Assembly (NCBI GenBank): GCA_040882355.1
Contig: JBBEBM010000067.1
Span: 1-64,000 of the forward strand
Length of the DNA: 64,000 nucleotides
Direction: 5' to 3'
DNA from: Dehalococcoidia bacterium
GTDB lineage: Bacteria; Chloroflexota; Dehalococcoidia; DSTF01; RBG-16-68-14
Shown here: positions 8,778-18,293 of the stretch, in pieces
How the letters are laid out: each line of letters opens with the position of its first letter
Position numbering within the stretch: position 1 is the stretch's first letter
Position numbers and translations under genes: made by a program
The notes under the pieces: generated by a model
Seen by the model: only the letters and a program-made list of their open reading frames with translations
Databases searched by the model: none
What the model was told of the DNA's origin: nothing

Positions 8778-10100
8778 CTACTGCGGCGCGTTGAGACCGC
8801 CGCTGATGCGCTGGGCGAGCGTACTTGCGAGGCCGGTGACGTCGAACCCGTCACCATCGAGGTCCATGCCGACCAAACTGATCATCCCGACGATTCGGTC
8901 GACCTGCACCAGCACCAGTGCCGCATCGAAGCGGCCGAGTGCGGAGTCGAACGAAGCCTGGTAGCCCACAGCCCAGTCGCCGCCGAACACTGCGATTGGT
9001 GTGACTGAAACGTCACTCAGCTCGATTCCCGCGCCAGCGCCCTCCTCTATCAAGGAGGCAACGAAGTCCTCGCCAGCCTCCCCGCTGGAGATCGCCTGCA
9101 ACGAGCGCAACTGGACAGATGCATTCGCTGCGTCAGCATACACCTCGATATCGTTCTTTAATCTTGCAAACGGCGGCGCCTCGCCAACGGCCGACGAGGG
9201 GTCAAACTCTCGGCTGAACTTCGCGACGGCCTCGCCGGCGTCTGGCGCGTAGCCCTCGCGAGAGACGGTCACGCCTTCTGGGAAGTCGCCGGGGCCGAGC
9301 GCCATGGCGGAGAGGTCGGGACTGTCGACGGGCGGCGTTGCATCTAGCCGATCGTCGTCCCCCGACAGGTCCTCATCGTCGCCCTCGTCCGGCAGCGGGA
9401 CAGGCGTCGCGGATACGCTGCCCAGTAGCACGCCCCGGATGCGCTCGTCGAGGAGTCCGACGATGCGCTCGACCTCCCCAATGACGTCCTGATCATCGCC
9501 CCGTTTGACCGCAGCCAGCCCAACGAGGCGGTCCAGTCGGAGATAGACGACGGTGCCATAGATGTCCAACTCACCGAAGACGGCGTGAAACTCCATGACC
9601 ATCGCCTCATCGGCCAGGTCAGCGGGCCCGGTCTCGAAGTCCTCCAGCAGAACGCCTTCTTGGACCTCGCCTTTCGCCTCCTCAGCGTCGCTCTCTTCCT
9701 TGTCGATGAACGCGCTTGCGCCTTCAGCATCCTCGAAGAGCGTCACGCTCGTGACCGCCGTCAGAAGGCCACCGCTCCCGTCCCGTGACAAGAAGCCTGG
9801 ATCGCGGTAGGTGAGATCGTAGCCGGTGACGCGGCCCATCTCTTCGAGGTCCTCCGCAGTTCTGTCAGTATCGAAGCTGTCTTCGGCGGCTTCCACGTTG
9901 GTGATCTGACCTGAACCATCGCCAAATACCTCCAGGCCTTCATAGTCATCGCCCATCTCCTCAGCGGGCAGCACCATGATCGCCAGGTCATTGTCCGTGA
10001 TGTCCGCCTGCGCCTTCTTGAGCGCATCGCTACTGGTGCAGGAGATTCCTGTCGTGACGAGGAGCAGGCAGACGCCGGAGATGAGGGCCGCTCGCTTCAT
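8778..10100 (-). CDS. Acidic putative lipoprotein with two internally repeated domains
   Basis: MKRAAL...GISC lipobox-like start; repeats begin DLAIMVLP and DLSAMALG. Confidence 0.7.
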   Translation of the reverse strand: MKRAALISGVCLLLVTTGISCTSSDALKKAQADITDNDLAIMVLPAEEMGDDYEGLEVFGDGSGQITNVEAAEDSFDTDRTAEDLEEMGRVTGYDLTYRDPGFLSRDGSGGLLTAVTSVTLFEDAEGASAFIDKEESDAEEAKGEVQEGVLLEDFETGPADLADEAMVMEFHAVFGELDIYGTVVYLRLDRLVGLAAVKRGDDQDVIGEVERIVGLLDERIRGVLLGSVSATPVPLPDEGDDEDLSGDDDRLDATPPVDSPDLSAMALGPGDFPEGVTVSREGYAPDAGEAVAKFSREFDPSSAVGEAPPFARLKNDIEVYADAANASVQLRSLQAISSGEAGEDFVASLIEEGAGAGIELSDVSVTPIAVFGGDWAVGYQASFDSALGRFDAALVLVQVDRIVGMISLVGMDLDGDGFDVTGLASTLAQRISGGLNAPQ

Positions 10101-10155
10101 GAGACCGCCTCCTTTCGCCGGTATGTTCGGCTGGTCTCCACCGGTGCGGAAGGGG

Positions 10156-10977
10156 CTAGCCGCCGAAGTCGAACTCGGGGAAGTGCTCTTCGAACGGAAG
10201 GATGGGGCGGTAACCGACGCCATAGATCCTGTTCCGCTGACGGTAGAAGCCGACTAGTGACTCGGGTGGGGCTAGCTGAAGGATTTCATCAGCAGCCTGG
10301 CCTCGAACTACACGAGTTTGCTGCTCCGCACCTGCGATCTCCGCGAGGTCGATCGACTCGACAGGCCACGCGGGCACGTCGCCTGTGACCTCAGATGCGG
10401 GCTGCTCGAACGCGTCGACAAGGACCTGCTCAGCCTCATATGGGCCTAGCGCTTCGCCACCGACTTCTTCGGGATCGAGTTTCCTCAGACGCTCGCGAAT
10501 GCCGGCAATTCGCCGGAACTCGCTGAACTCATCGCTCGAGGCCTCGCCTTTGTCGGCGAAGCCAAGCGCGTAGGCGCTGACGGCGTTGGCACTGGTCTTC
10601 GTTTGAGCGTAGAGATACGTCGTCTCAGCGTCATTCACGAAATCGATCACTGGCTGCTCGTACTGAAATTGGAAGAAGTCTTCGTCTTCCATAAACTCCA
10701 GAACATCCTGTACAGCTTGCCCCGGCATCTGACCTCGCAGCACCTGGGCGGCGCCGTCCTCGTCCTGGCGAACGTAGAGCACGGTGCCGTCGCCGTACAG
10801 CGTGAACTCAGGTACCGTCAGGTCGAAGCGGGACCAGCCTCCGCCGGTGCGCATCTGCACCAGCACCGCGTCTTCGCGCGCGAGGTACTCGATGGGGTCG
10901 TCGGGCTGCGGCAGGCAGCCGGCAAGGGCAGCGACGACAATCGCCACGATGAGCAACGGTGCTCTGCGAGGACGCAT
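10156..10977 (-). CDS. Putative lipoprotein
   Basis: MRPRR...ALAGC lipobox; P.FTLYGDGTV motif. Confidence 0.75.
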   Translation of the reverse strand: MRPRRAPLLIVAIVVAALAGCLPQPDDPIEYLAREDAVLVQMRTGGGWSRFDLTVPEFTLYGDGTVLYVRQDEDGAAQVLRGQMPGQAVQDVLEFMEDEDFFQFQYEQPVIDFVNDAETTYLYAQTKTSANAVSAYALGFADKGEASSDEFSEFRRIAGIRERLRKLDPEEVGGEALGPYEAEQVLVDAFEQPASEVTGDVPAWPVESIDLAEIAGAEQQTRVVRGQAADEILQLAPPESLVGFYRQRNRIYGVGYRPILPFEEHFPEFDFGG

Positions 10978-11062
10978 CGTACCCATGATACCTTGACGCC
11001 AGGGCAGGGGTAGGCTGCCCGGCTTGCGCCCTTGTTCGCGGGTTCGGCATACTGCGGGCGCC

Positions 11063-12253
11063 GTGAACGACCGCGATCTGAAGGGGAAGACCGCCATCTC
11101 CGGGCTCGGTGTGACGGAGATGGGGCGCGTCTACGGCCAGAGCGCCGGCTGGTTCGCCGCGGAGGCGATCCGCCTCGCCGTCGAGGAATCCGGCCTGCGC
11201 AAGGACGAGATCGACGGCCTGCTGGTGAACCAGGGAATGACGCCGCTGCCTGGGATGGGCGGCATCGACCTGCAGAACCACCTCGGCCTGACGAACCTGC
11301 GCCTGCTCTCGGCGATGAACGCCGGCGGCGCAACGGCGGGCATCATGGTGCAGTACGCTGCGCTCGCCATCGCGCACGGGATGGCGAGCAACGTCGTCTG
11401 CGTCTTCGCCGACGCCCCCCTGCGCGAGGGGCGGGGCGGCGGCGCGGCCTACGGGGGCGGCGGAGGGGGTGGAGCGCCGCAGGGCATGCGAGGGCTCTAC
11501 ACCGCGTTCGGCATGTTCGGCGTGAACGCGCAGTACGCGCTCGCCGCGCGCCGACATATGGGCATGTACGGCACGACGAACGACCATTTCGGCGCGATCG
11601 CCGTTGCGCAGCGGCAGTGGGCAACGATGAACCCGATCGCCCAGCAGCGCGAGCCGATCACCATCGAGGACTACCACGCCTCGCGCTGGGTCGCCGAGCC
11701 GCTCCACCTGCTCGACTGCTGCCTCGTTTCGAACGGTGGCGTCGCGGTGATCGTCTCGTCGGCGGAGCGCGCGCGCGACCTGAAGCAGCCTCCCGCCTAC
11801 ATCTGGGGGATGGGCCAGGGCCACCCGGGCGACCTGCGTCACGCCGGTTGGGATGTCGACACGAAGACCGGCGCGCCGATCGCGAAGGAGCGCGCGTTCT
11901 CGATGGCGGGGATCGACGCGAGCGACATCGACGTCTGCCAGGTCTACGACTGCTATACGTACACGGTGCTAGTGACGCTGGAGGACTACGGCTTCTGCGC
12001 GAAGGGCGAGGGCGGGCCGTTCGTCGCGGACGGCAAGCTCGGGCCGGGCGGCGCGCTGCCGACGAACACCGGCGGCGGGCAGCTCTCCGGCTACTACATG
12101 TGGGGCATGACGCCGCTGGCGGAGGGCGTGATCCAAACGCGCGGCCAGGGCGGCGAGCGCCAGGCGCCCGAGCGCGACGTGGTGCTGGTGACGGGCAACG
12201 GCGGCATCCTGGACCACCACTCCACGCTGATCCTCAGTCCCGAACCGAGCTGA
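11063..12253 (+). CDS. Thiolase family protein (SCP-x/Ltp2-like)
   Basis: AISGLG, EPLHLLDCC.VSNGG, YDCYT, NTGGGQLS; no canonical N-terminal catalytic Cys (NAGGAT). Confidence 0.9.
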   Translation: MNDRDLKGKTAISGLGVTEMGRVYGQSAGWFAAEAIRLAVEESGLRKDEIDGLLVNQGMTPLPGMGGIDLQNHLGLTNLRLLSAMNAGGATAGIMVQYAALAIAHGMASNVVCVFADAPLREGRGGGAAYGGGGGGGAPQGMRGLYTAFGMFGVNAQYALAARRHMGMYGTTNDHFGAIAVAQRQWATMNPIAQQREPITIEDYHASRWVAEPLHLLDCCLVSNGGVAVIVSSAERARDLKQPPAYIWGMGQGHPGDLRHAGWDVDTKTGAPIAKERAFSMAGIDASDIDVCQVYDCYTYTVLVTLEDYGFCAKGEGGPFVADGKLGPGGALPTNTGGGQLSGYYMWGMTPLAEGVIQTRGQGGERQAPERDVVLVTGNGGILDHHSTLILSPEPS

Positions 12254-12258
12254 GCACC

Positions 12259-13008
12259 ATGCGCCTGCCAACGATCTTCCTGGACGACGGCGGCGTCATG
12301 AACGACAACGACATCCGGGGCCGGCAGTGGGAGGCGCTCGTCGCTGAGTATCTCGCGCCGAGGTTGGGTGGCGAGCCCGCGCGCTGGGGCGAGGCCAACC
12401 GAATCGTTGCGGAGCGGCTGTGGGCCGAGTACTCGGAGCGCATGGCCGCTCGTCCACAGGACGGCTACCGGAGGGCTTGGGACGCGTTCCTCACGAGGTG
12501 GTTCAAGGAGATGTGCGTTCTCGTCGGCGTCACCGCGCCGCCGGACGAGGAATGCAGGTCGCTCTCGATCGAGACCTCCGCGTACGTCACACCCCGCATT
12601 CGGTCAGCCTACCCCGGCGCCATCGATGCGATCCGCGAGCTGCACGATCGCGGCTACCCGCTCCGCAGCGCTTCCGGCGAGCCGTCCGACCATCTGGAGG
12701 GCTACTTGACCGGCATGGGCGTGCGCGAGTGCTTCGCAGGGGTGCTCTATGGGCCCGACACCATCGACACGCCCAAGAGCCACCCGCTGTACTACCAGCG
12801 CATCTTTGAGCATGCCGCGGTCGCGCCAGCGGACGCCATTGTCGTAGACAACGAAGTCGAGGCGCTGGCGAACGCGGCCGGCGCAGGCGCGTCCACCGTC
12901 ATCGTTTCGGCCGATGGCGCCTCGCACGCTCGCATCGCCACCATCGCCAGCCTCAGCGATCTGCCAGACTTGTTACAATCATCGATCTCGGCCCCCGGTG
13001 CCGCCTGA
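12259..13008 (+). CDS. HAD family hydrolase
   Basis: IFLDDGGV motif I, AYPGA, PK, VVDN. Confidence 0.85.
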   Translation: MRLPTIFLDDGGVMNDNDIRGRQWEALVAEYLAPRLGGEPARWGEANRIVAERLWAEYSERMAARPQDGYRRAWDAFLTRWFKEMCVLVGVTAPPDEECRSLSIETSAYVTPRIRSAYPGAIDAIRELHDRGYPLRSASGEPSDHLEGYLTGMGVRECFAGVLYGPDTIDTPKSHPLYYQRIFEHAAVAPADAIVVDNEVEALANAAGAGASTVIVSADGASHARIATIASLSDLPDLLQSSISAPGAA

Positions 13009-13020
13009 AAGGACCTCTCG

Positions 13021-13635
13021 ATGGATGCCGTCGAACTCTTCCTCCGCGAGCACGCGCGCGTGCACTCGGCGCAGGTCGCGGAGGCCGAGGCCGCGATGTG
13101 GCTGGAGGACATCGTGCTCGGCGAGATGACCGACGAGCAGATCCGCCACCGCCCGCACGAATCGATGAACTCGCTCGCCTGGATCTTCTGGCACATGGCG
13201 CGCGCCGAGGATATGGGCGTCAACGCGCTCGTCGCTGGGCAGCCGCAGGTGATCGAGGGCGACGGCTGGCTGGAGAAGCTGGGCCTCTCGCGAGTGGACA
13301 TCGGCACCGGTATGAGCGACGACGAGGTCTCCGACTTCAGCCAGCGCGTCGACATCGCCACGCTGCGCGCGTATCGCGCCGCCGTCGGCCGGCGGACGCG
13401 CGAGGTCGTCGGCGGCCTGAAGGCGGACGACTGGGACCAGCTCATCGACACGGACGCGATGGAGCGCGCGGCTGCTGCCGGCGCCATCGGGCCGAACGCC
13501 GGCTGGCTCTCGGTGGTCTTCGGCGGCAAGACGAAGGCGCTGATCCTGAGCCACGTCGGTGCGAGCCACAACTTCTGGCATCTGGGCGAGGCCATGACTG
13601 TCCGCAGCCTTGCCGGACAACGGCTACCGTTCTAG
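13021..13635 (+). CDS. DinB family protein
   Basis: NSLAWIFWHMAR.ED and H..WHLGE. Confidence 0.85.
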   Translation: MDAVELFLREHARVHSAQVAEAEAAMWLEDIVLGEMTDEQIRHRPHESMNSLAWIFWHMARAEDMGVNALVAGQPQVIEGDGWLEKLGLSRVDIGTGMSDDEVSDFSQRVDIATLRAYRAAVGRRTREVVGGLKADDWDQLIDTDAMERAAAAGAIGPNAGWLSVVFGGKTKALILSHVGASHNFWHLGEAMTVRSLAGQRLPF

Positions 13636-13649
13636 CCTGGAGACACGCC

Positions 13650-14819
13650 ATGACCGCAACGCAGGAAGCCGCCACCGACCTCATCGACGCCGCGAAGGCG
13701 CTCGTCCCCCAGATCGAGGCGTATGGCGACCAGAGCGAGCGCGACCGCACGATGCCCAAAGAGCTCGTGCGCGCGATCGCCGAGGCCGGGCTGTTTCGCA
13801 TCTGGGTACCGAAGGCGCTCGGCGGCTACGAGGCCAATATCGAAACGAACCTGCGCGTCATCGAAGAGATCGCCCGCGCGGACGGCGCCGCCGGCTGGAA
13901 CGTGATGATCGCGGGCACGGGCGGCATGTTCGCCGCCTACATGCCTGAGCAGGCCGCGCGCGAGATCTTCGGCGACCGATTCGCGACCGTGGCGGGCGCG
14001 CTGGCGCCCAAGGGCCGGGCCGTGCCGGTCGACGGCGGCTTCCGCGTCTCCGGGCAGTGGCCGCTCGCGAGCGGCTGCCTGCACGCCTCCTGGCTGGCGG
14101 GCGGCAGCTTCATCTTCGATGGCGACGGCCAGACGCCGCGCATGGGCGACCTCGGCATCCCCGACCTGAAGCTCTTCTTCGCGCCCAAGGACGAGTGCGA
14201 GATCCTCGATACCTGGTACTCGGCCGGGCTGCGCGGCACGGGTAGCCACGACTTCGCGGTCAAGGACATGTTCGTGCCGGAGGACAGGGCGTTCTCGCTC
14301 ATGGGGAAGGCGCACCATGATGGGACGCTCTACCGGGCGGGCATCCTCAACGTCTTTTCCCCTCCAGTGGCCGCGGTTGCGCTTGGCATCGCGCGTGGCG
14401 CACTCGACGCGTTCGAGGAGCTGGCCGGATCGAAGACGCCGACCTTCAGCTTCTCAACGCTGCGCGACAGAACGACGGTGCAGGCGCAGGTCGCCCAGGC
14501 GGAGGCGCTCGTCAGGTCCGCGCGAGCGTTCCTCTTCGAGGTCGCGGGCTCCATGTGGGAGACGATGCGCGCGGGCGACCAGCTCTCCGAAGAGCAGGAG
14601 GCGCTTGTCCGGCTCTCCTGCACCCACACCGCCGCCGCCTGCGCGGAGGCAGTCGATATCGTCTACACGCTGGGCGGCGCAACTTCGGTCTACGCGACGA
14701 GTAAGCTGGAGCGGTGCTTCCGCGACGTGCACGTCGTCACGCAGCACATCGCGGTCTCCTATCAGTGGTACGAGCGCACCGGCCAGTACTTCCTCGGCAT
14801 GGGCCTGGCCCGGTTCTAG
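13650..14819 (+). CDS. Acyl-CoA dehydrogenase-fold flavin-dependent monooxygenase (HsaA/HpaH-like)
   Basis: GLF..WVPK.LGG, GQWPLASGC.HA, DTW...GLRGTGSHD, ERCFRD.H...QH. Confidence 0.88.
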   Translation: MTATQEAATDLIDAAKALVPQIEAYGDQSERDRTMPKELVRAIAEAGLFRIWVPKALGGYEANIETNLRVIEEIARADGAAGWNVMIAGTGGMFAAYMPEQAAREIFGDRFATVAGALAPKGRAVPVDGGFRVSGQWPLASGCLHASWLAGGSFIFDGDGQTPRMGDLGIPDLKLFFAPKDECEILDTWYSAGLRGTGSHDFAVKDMFVPEDRAFSLMGKAHHDGTLYRAGILNVFSPPVAAVALGIARGALDAFEELAGSKTPTFSFSTLRDRTTVQAQVAQAEALVRSARAFLFEVAGSMWETMRAGDQLSEEQEALVRLSCTHTAAACAEAVDIVYTLGGATSVYATSKLERCFRDVHVVTQHIAVSYQWYERTGQYFLGMGLARF

Positions 14820-14836
14820 AGAGGTCGTTTCGAACT

Positions 14837-15673
14837 ATGCCGCTCTACATGGACCGTCACGACTTGGAACAGGCGTCGCCGGAAGACGTGCCGCTCTCTC
14901 ACCAGCTTGCGAGTGCCCACATGCAGGATCTGGAGTTCCAGGGCCAGCATGGGGTCAGATACCTCACCTACTGGCTAGACGATCGGGTGAACAAAGCCTT
15001 CTGTCTCGTCGATGCGCCGAGCAAGCAGCGGGCTGTGGCGGTACACCGGGAGGCGCACGGTCAGATCCCTTCTGAGATCATCGAGGTGGACCGGCTGGTG
15101 GTGGAGGGCTTTCTGGGCAAGGTTGAAGAGACCCCCGCGTTCCAGGACCCAGCCACGACGGAAACGGAGTCCGCCTTCCGCACTGTCCTCTTCACCGACA
15201 TGCGCGCGTCCACCGCCTCGGCCCAGCGCTTGGGCGACGCGCGCCACGTCGAGGTTCTGCGCGTCCACAACGAGATCATTCGGAGCACGCTGCAAGAACA
15301 CCGCGGGACGGAAATCAAGCACACGGGCGACGGCGTCATGGCCTCGTTCGCCGCGGCATCGCGCGCCGTCGAGTGCGCGGTCGCGCTCCAGCAGGCCTTC
15401 GCCGCGTACAACAAGGCGGGCCCCGACGAGCCGATCCAGATCAAGGTCGGCGCGAGCGCCGGCGAGCCCGTCGAGCACGATCAGGACCTTTTTGGCGCCA
15501 CCGTGCAGCTCGCGGCACGCCTGCGTGACAAGGCGAAGCCCGACCAGATACTCGTCGCGGGCGTGATCCGCGACCTCTGCCTCGGCAAGGACCTGGAGTT
15601 CGCCGATCTGGGCGATGCGAAGCTCAAGGGCTTCAAGGAGTCGCAGCGCATCTGCGAAGTGCGCTGGCGCTAG
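14837..15673 (+). CDS. DUF4242/SCO4226-like domain fused to class III nucleotide cyclase
   Basis: MPLYMDRH...AH..DL..Q...AFCL..AP...VH..AHG; FTDM, KHTGDG, DLFG.TV.LAARL. Confidence 0.88.
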   Translation: MPLYMDRHDLEQASPEDVPLSHQLASAHMQDLEFQGQHGVRYLTYWLDDRVNKAFCLVDAPSKQRAVAVHREAHGQIPSEIIEVDRLVVEGFLGKVEETPAFQDPATTETESAFRTVLFTDMRASTASAQRLGDARHVEVLRVHNEIIRSTLQEHRGTEIKHTGDGVMASFAAASRAVECAVALQQAFAAYNKAGPDEPIQIKVGASAGEPVEHDQDLFGATVQLAARLRDKAKPDQILVAGVIRDLCLGKDLEFADLGDAKLKGFKESQRICEVRWR

Positions 15674-15676
15674 GCG

Positions 15677-16093
15677 ATGCCTGACCGCGAGTACACGCTG
15701 CCCATCCCGGTCGCCGACGAAGCCTCGGCACCATTCTTCGAGGGTGCGAAGCAACGACGTCTCATGCTGCTCCGCTGCTCGTCATGCCGGCGCTGGCGCC
15801 TGCCCGGCCGCGACCGCTGCACGGAGTGCTGGTCGACCGACGCGGAGTGGGAGGAGGCGTCCGGCAAAGGCAAGCTGTACACGTTCGGCATCATGCACCA
15901 GCAGTACCATCCAGCGTTCGCGGACGTGATCCCCTACAACTACGCCATCGTGGAGCTGGACGAGGGGCCGCGCCTGATCACCAACATCGTCGACTGCGCG
16001 AACGACGCGCTGCGCACCGACATGCCCGTCGAGGCCGCCTTCGACGACGTGAGCGAGGAGACGACGCTGGTGCGCTTCCGGCCGAAAACGTGA
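15677..16093 (+). CDS. DUF35 Zn-ribbon/OB-fold protein
   Basis: CxxC...CxxC, SGKG.LYTF, PY..A.VELDEGPRL. Confidence 0.92.
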   Translation: MPDREYTLPIPVADEASAPFFEGAKQRRLMLLRCSSCRRWRLPGRDRCTECWSTDAEWEEASGKGKLYTFGIMHQQYHPAFADVIPYNYAIVELDEGPRLITNIVDCANDALRTDMPVEAAFDDVSEETTLVRFRPKT

Positions 16094-16515
16094 AGCCGAC
16101 GCGAGAAGCTCGGTCGGATGGACATCGCGCGGCGCTGGTGGCCGCTGCTCGATCGTTGCGTCAGCGCGAAACGAACAGCGAACGAATCCTGTGGAATGCG
16201 CTGCGAGATCGCAGGTTCAAAGGCCGAAAGTTCCGTCGTCAGAGCCGGGTCGGCAGCTTCGTCGTGGACTTCTCGTACGCAGCCGAGGGCCTGGTCGTTG
16301 AGGTCGACGGCGCAGAGCACAACGACCAACGTACCGAAGATGTTGATCGGCAAACTGCGCTGGAAGCGATGGGGCTCAGGGTGGTGCGCGTGACGGCCCA
16401 GGAGGTCGAACGACATCTCGAAGGCGCGCTCGACCGCATTCGCCGCTCCCTCACCCCGACCTTCGGCCACCCCTCTCCCTCGGGCCGAGGGAGAGGGGCC
16501 AGCGTGAGGCAGTGA
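16090..16515 (+). CDS. DUF559 (Vsr-like) endonuclease
   Basis: AR.LR...T.SE..LW..LR, KFRRQ, VDF, VEVDG.EH, GLRVVR. Confidence 0.88.
   Translation: MKPTREARSDGHRAALVAAARSLRQRETNSERILWNALRDRRFKGRKFRRQSRVGSFVVDFSYAAEGLVVEVDGAEHNDQRTEDVDRQTALEAMGLRVVRVTAQEVERHLEGALDRIRRSLTPTFGHPSPSGRGRGASVRQ
16448..16499. repeat. CCCTCACCCC...CCCTCTCCC-GGGAGAGGG palindromic repeat
   Basis: 14-bp stem cccctctccctcgg/ccgagggagagggg at 16470-16498 in the 3' end of the DUF559 gene. Confidence 0.75.
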
Positions 16516-17162
16516 CCTTCTCGATCATCGCGCGGGACCCGGAGCGCGGGCTGTTCGGCGTCGCTGTTTCGACGGCGATTCCCAGCGTGGGCGCGGTGGT
16601 GCCGCACGTGAAGCAGGGCGTGGGCGCGATCGCGACGCAGTCTCACACGAGTATCCGGCTTGGCAGCGACGGACTGCGGTTGCTGGAGCTGGGGCTCAGC
16701 CCGGAGGCCGCGCTCACGGCCCTCCTCGGCGAGGACGCGCAGGCCGACGTCCGTCAGGCGGCCGGCATTGACGCGCAGGGTCGCGTCTTCGCGTATTCCG
16801 GCGCGAGCTGCGTCGACTGGTACGGCCATCGCACCGGCGAGAACTACTCGGTGCAGGGCAACATGCTCGTCGGTAAGGAAACGGTCGACGCGATGGCGGA
16901 GGCGTTCGAGGGCTCGACCGGCCACCTGGCGCTGCGGCTGCTCGAAGCGCTGGAGGCGGGGCAGGCGGCGGGCGGTGACAAGCGCGGCCGCGAGTCCGCC
17001 GCGCTGCTCGTGCCCGCGCCGCCCGGCGCCGAGCGGTGGGAGGGCGTCGACCTCCGCGTCGACCAGCACGACGACCCGGTTGCCGAGCTGCGCCGCATCT
17101 TCGACCTGCTGCGCGAACGCCGCCGGCAGTTCATCGCCGACGCGAAGCGAGCCGAACGCTGA
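16512..17162 (+). CDS. DUF1028 family (Ntn-hydrolase-like) protein
   Basis: MTFSIIARD, GAIATQ, QGNML, GGDKRG.ESAA, DLRVD.H..P. Confidence 0.92.
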   Translation: MTFSIIARDPERGLFGVAVSTAIPSVGAVVPHVKQGVGAIATQSHTSIRLGSDGLRLLELGLSPEAALTALLGEDAQADVRQAAGIDAQGRVFAYSGASCVDWYGHRTGENYSVQGNMLVGKETVDAMAEAFEGSTGHLALRLLEALEAGQAAGGDKRGRESAALLVPAPPGAERWEGVDLRVDQHDDPVAELRRIFDLLRERRRQFIADAKRAER

Positions 17163-17193
17163 TGCGCGGCTCCCTCACTCGAACCGGGCCTGC

Positions 17194-18156
17194 GTGAAGC
17201 CCTCACCGCGAGCGCCCGCGGGCAGCCTGGCGCGGTTGGTCGAGCGGTTGTCGCCGGGCGGGCGCCTGGTGCGCATGCGCCGTTTGCGCGGCGGCATCGG
17301 CACACGGATGCACGTCCTCGACATCAAGAATGCGGAGGGCGCGCGGCGGAAGGTGACGCTGCGGCGGTTCGTGCCGGGTCATCACTACGCCACACCTGAG
17401 CACGTCGCCCAGGAGTTCGACATTCTCCGTCTGGTCAGGTCGGCCGGCATCGCGGCGCCGGAACCGCTGGTCCTGGATGCCGAAGGCGAGCTGTTCGGCG
17501 TGCCGGCGATGGTGCTCTCCTACGTCCCTGGCGGGCCGCTGTACGCCCCCCGGGACGAACGCGCGTGGGTGGAGCAGCTTGCCGGAGCGCTGCTACCGCT
17601 CCACGCGATGACGCCGAACCGCTTCGACCTATCGAGTCTCGAGGTACGGCTCGCGGACGCCATACGCGATCAGCTATGCCGGAGGGCTGAGACGGCGGGG
17701 GCGCATGGCGCGCTCGCTCGCGACGTCCACGCCGTGTTGACGCGGAACTTGGACCAGATCGACTGGGCCGAGCCCTGCCTCACGCATGACGACTACTGGC
17801 TCGGCAATACGGTCTGGTATCGCGGGCGCTTCGCGGCGATCATCGACTGGACTCCAGCCAAGGTGGGCGACCCTCGCGCCGACGTCGCGCAGTGCCGCAT
17901 CGACCTGGCGATCAGCCACGGGCGCGACGTGCCGGACGCCTTTCTCGAGGCCTATCAGAGGCTGGCGCCGCGGCCGCTGCCCGATGTCTGGTACTTCGAC
18001 CTGCAGCGCGGACTGGACGGTCTGCTCTACTACGAGCAGTGGCTGGAGGGCTACCAGGACTTCGGTCTGACTCACCTGACGCCGACGCTTGCCCGCCGCC
18101 GGCTCGAGGCGTTCTTGCGCAGGGCGCTGGCGGAGGGAGCGAGGGCCCGATCGTAG
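17194..18156 (+). CDS. Aminoglycoside phosphotransferase/choline kinase-like protein
   Basis: HDDYWLGN and IIDW motifs; start approximate. Confidence 0.85.
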   Translation: MKPSPRAPAGSLARLVERLSPGGRLVRMRRLRGGIGTRMHVLDIKNAEGARRKVTLRRFVPGHHYATPEHVAQEFDILRLVRSAGIAAPEPLVLDAEGELFGVPAMVLSYVPGGPLYAPRDERAWVEQLAGALLPLHAMTPNRFDLSSLEVRLADAIRDQLCRRAETAGAHGALARDVHAVLTRNLDQIDWAEPCLTHDDYWLGNTVWYRGRFAAIIDWTPAKVGDPRADVAQCRIDLAISHGRDVPDAFLEAYQRLAPRPLPDVWYFDLQRGLDGLLYYEQWLEGYQDFGLTHLTPTLARRRLEAFLRRALAEGARARS

Positions 18157-18266
18157 GGACAGACCTTCAGGTCTGTCCGGCCCTGAATCGCAGCGTTTTT
18201 CTTGAGGGCCGGACAGAGCTTCCGCCGGTGGCGGACCCGCCTTCGGCGGGCAAGCTCTGTCCCGAC
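18153..18266. repeat. REPIN-like inverted pair of REPs, second copy interrupted by two mini-hairpins
   Basis: GTAGGGACAGACCTtcAGGTCTGTCC and inverted GGACAGAGCT...AGCTCTGTCCCGAC; ctgtccggccct/agggccggacag stem. Confidence 0.75.
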
Positions 18267-18293
18267 ACCCGCTCCCTGCCCCAGCACCCCTTG

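Noticed and set aside
17194..18156. Phosphotransferases and GNATs as antibiotic resistance genes
   Set aside because: Only superfamily-level motifs are visible; substrate cannot be inferred.
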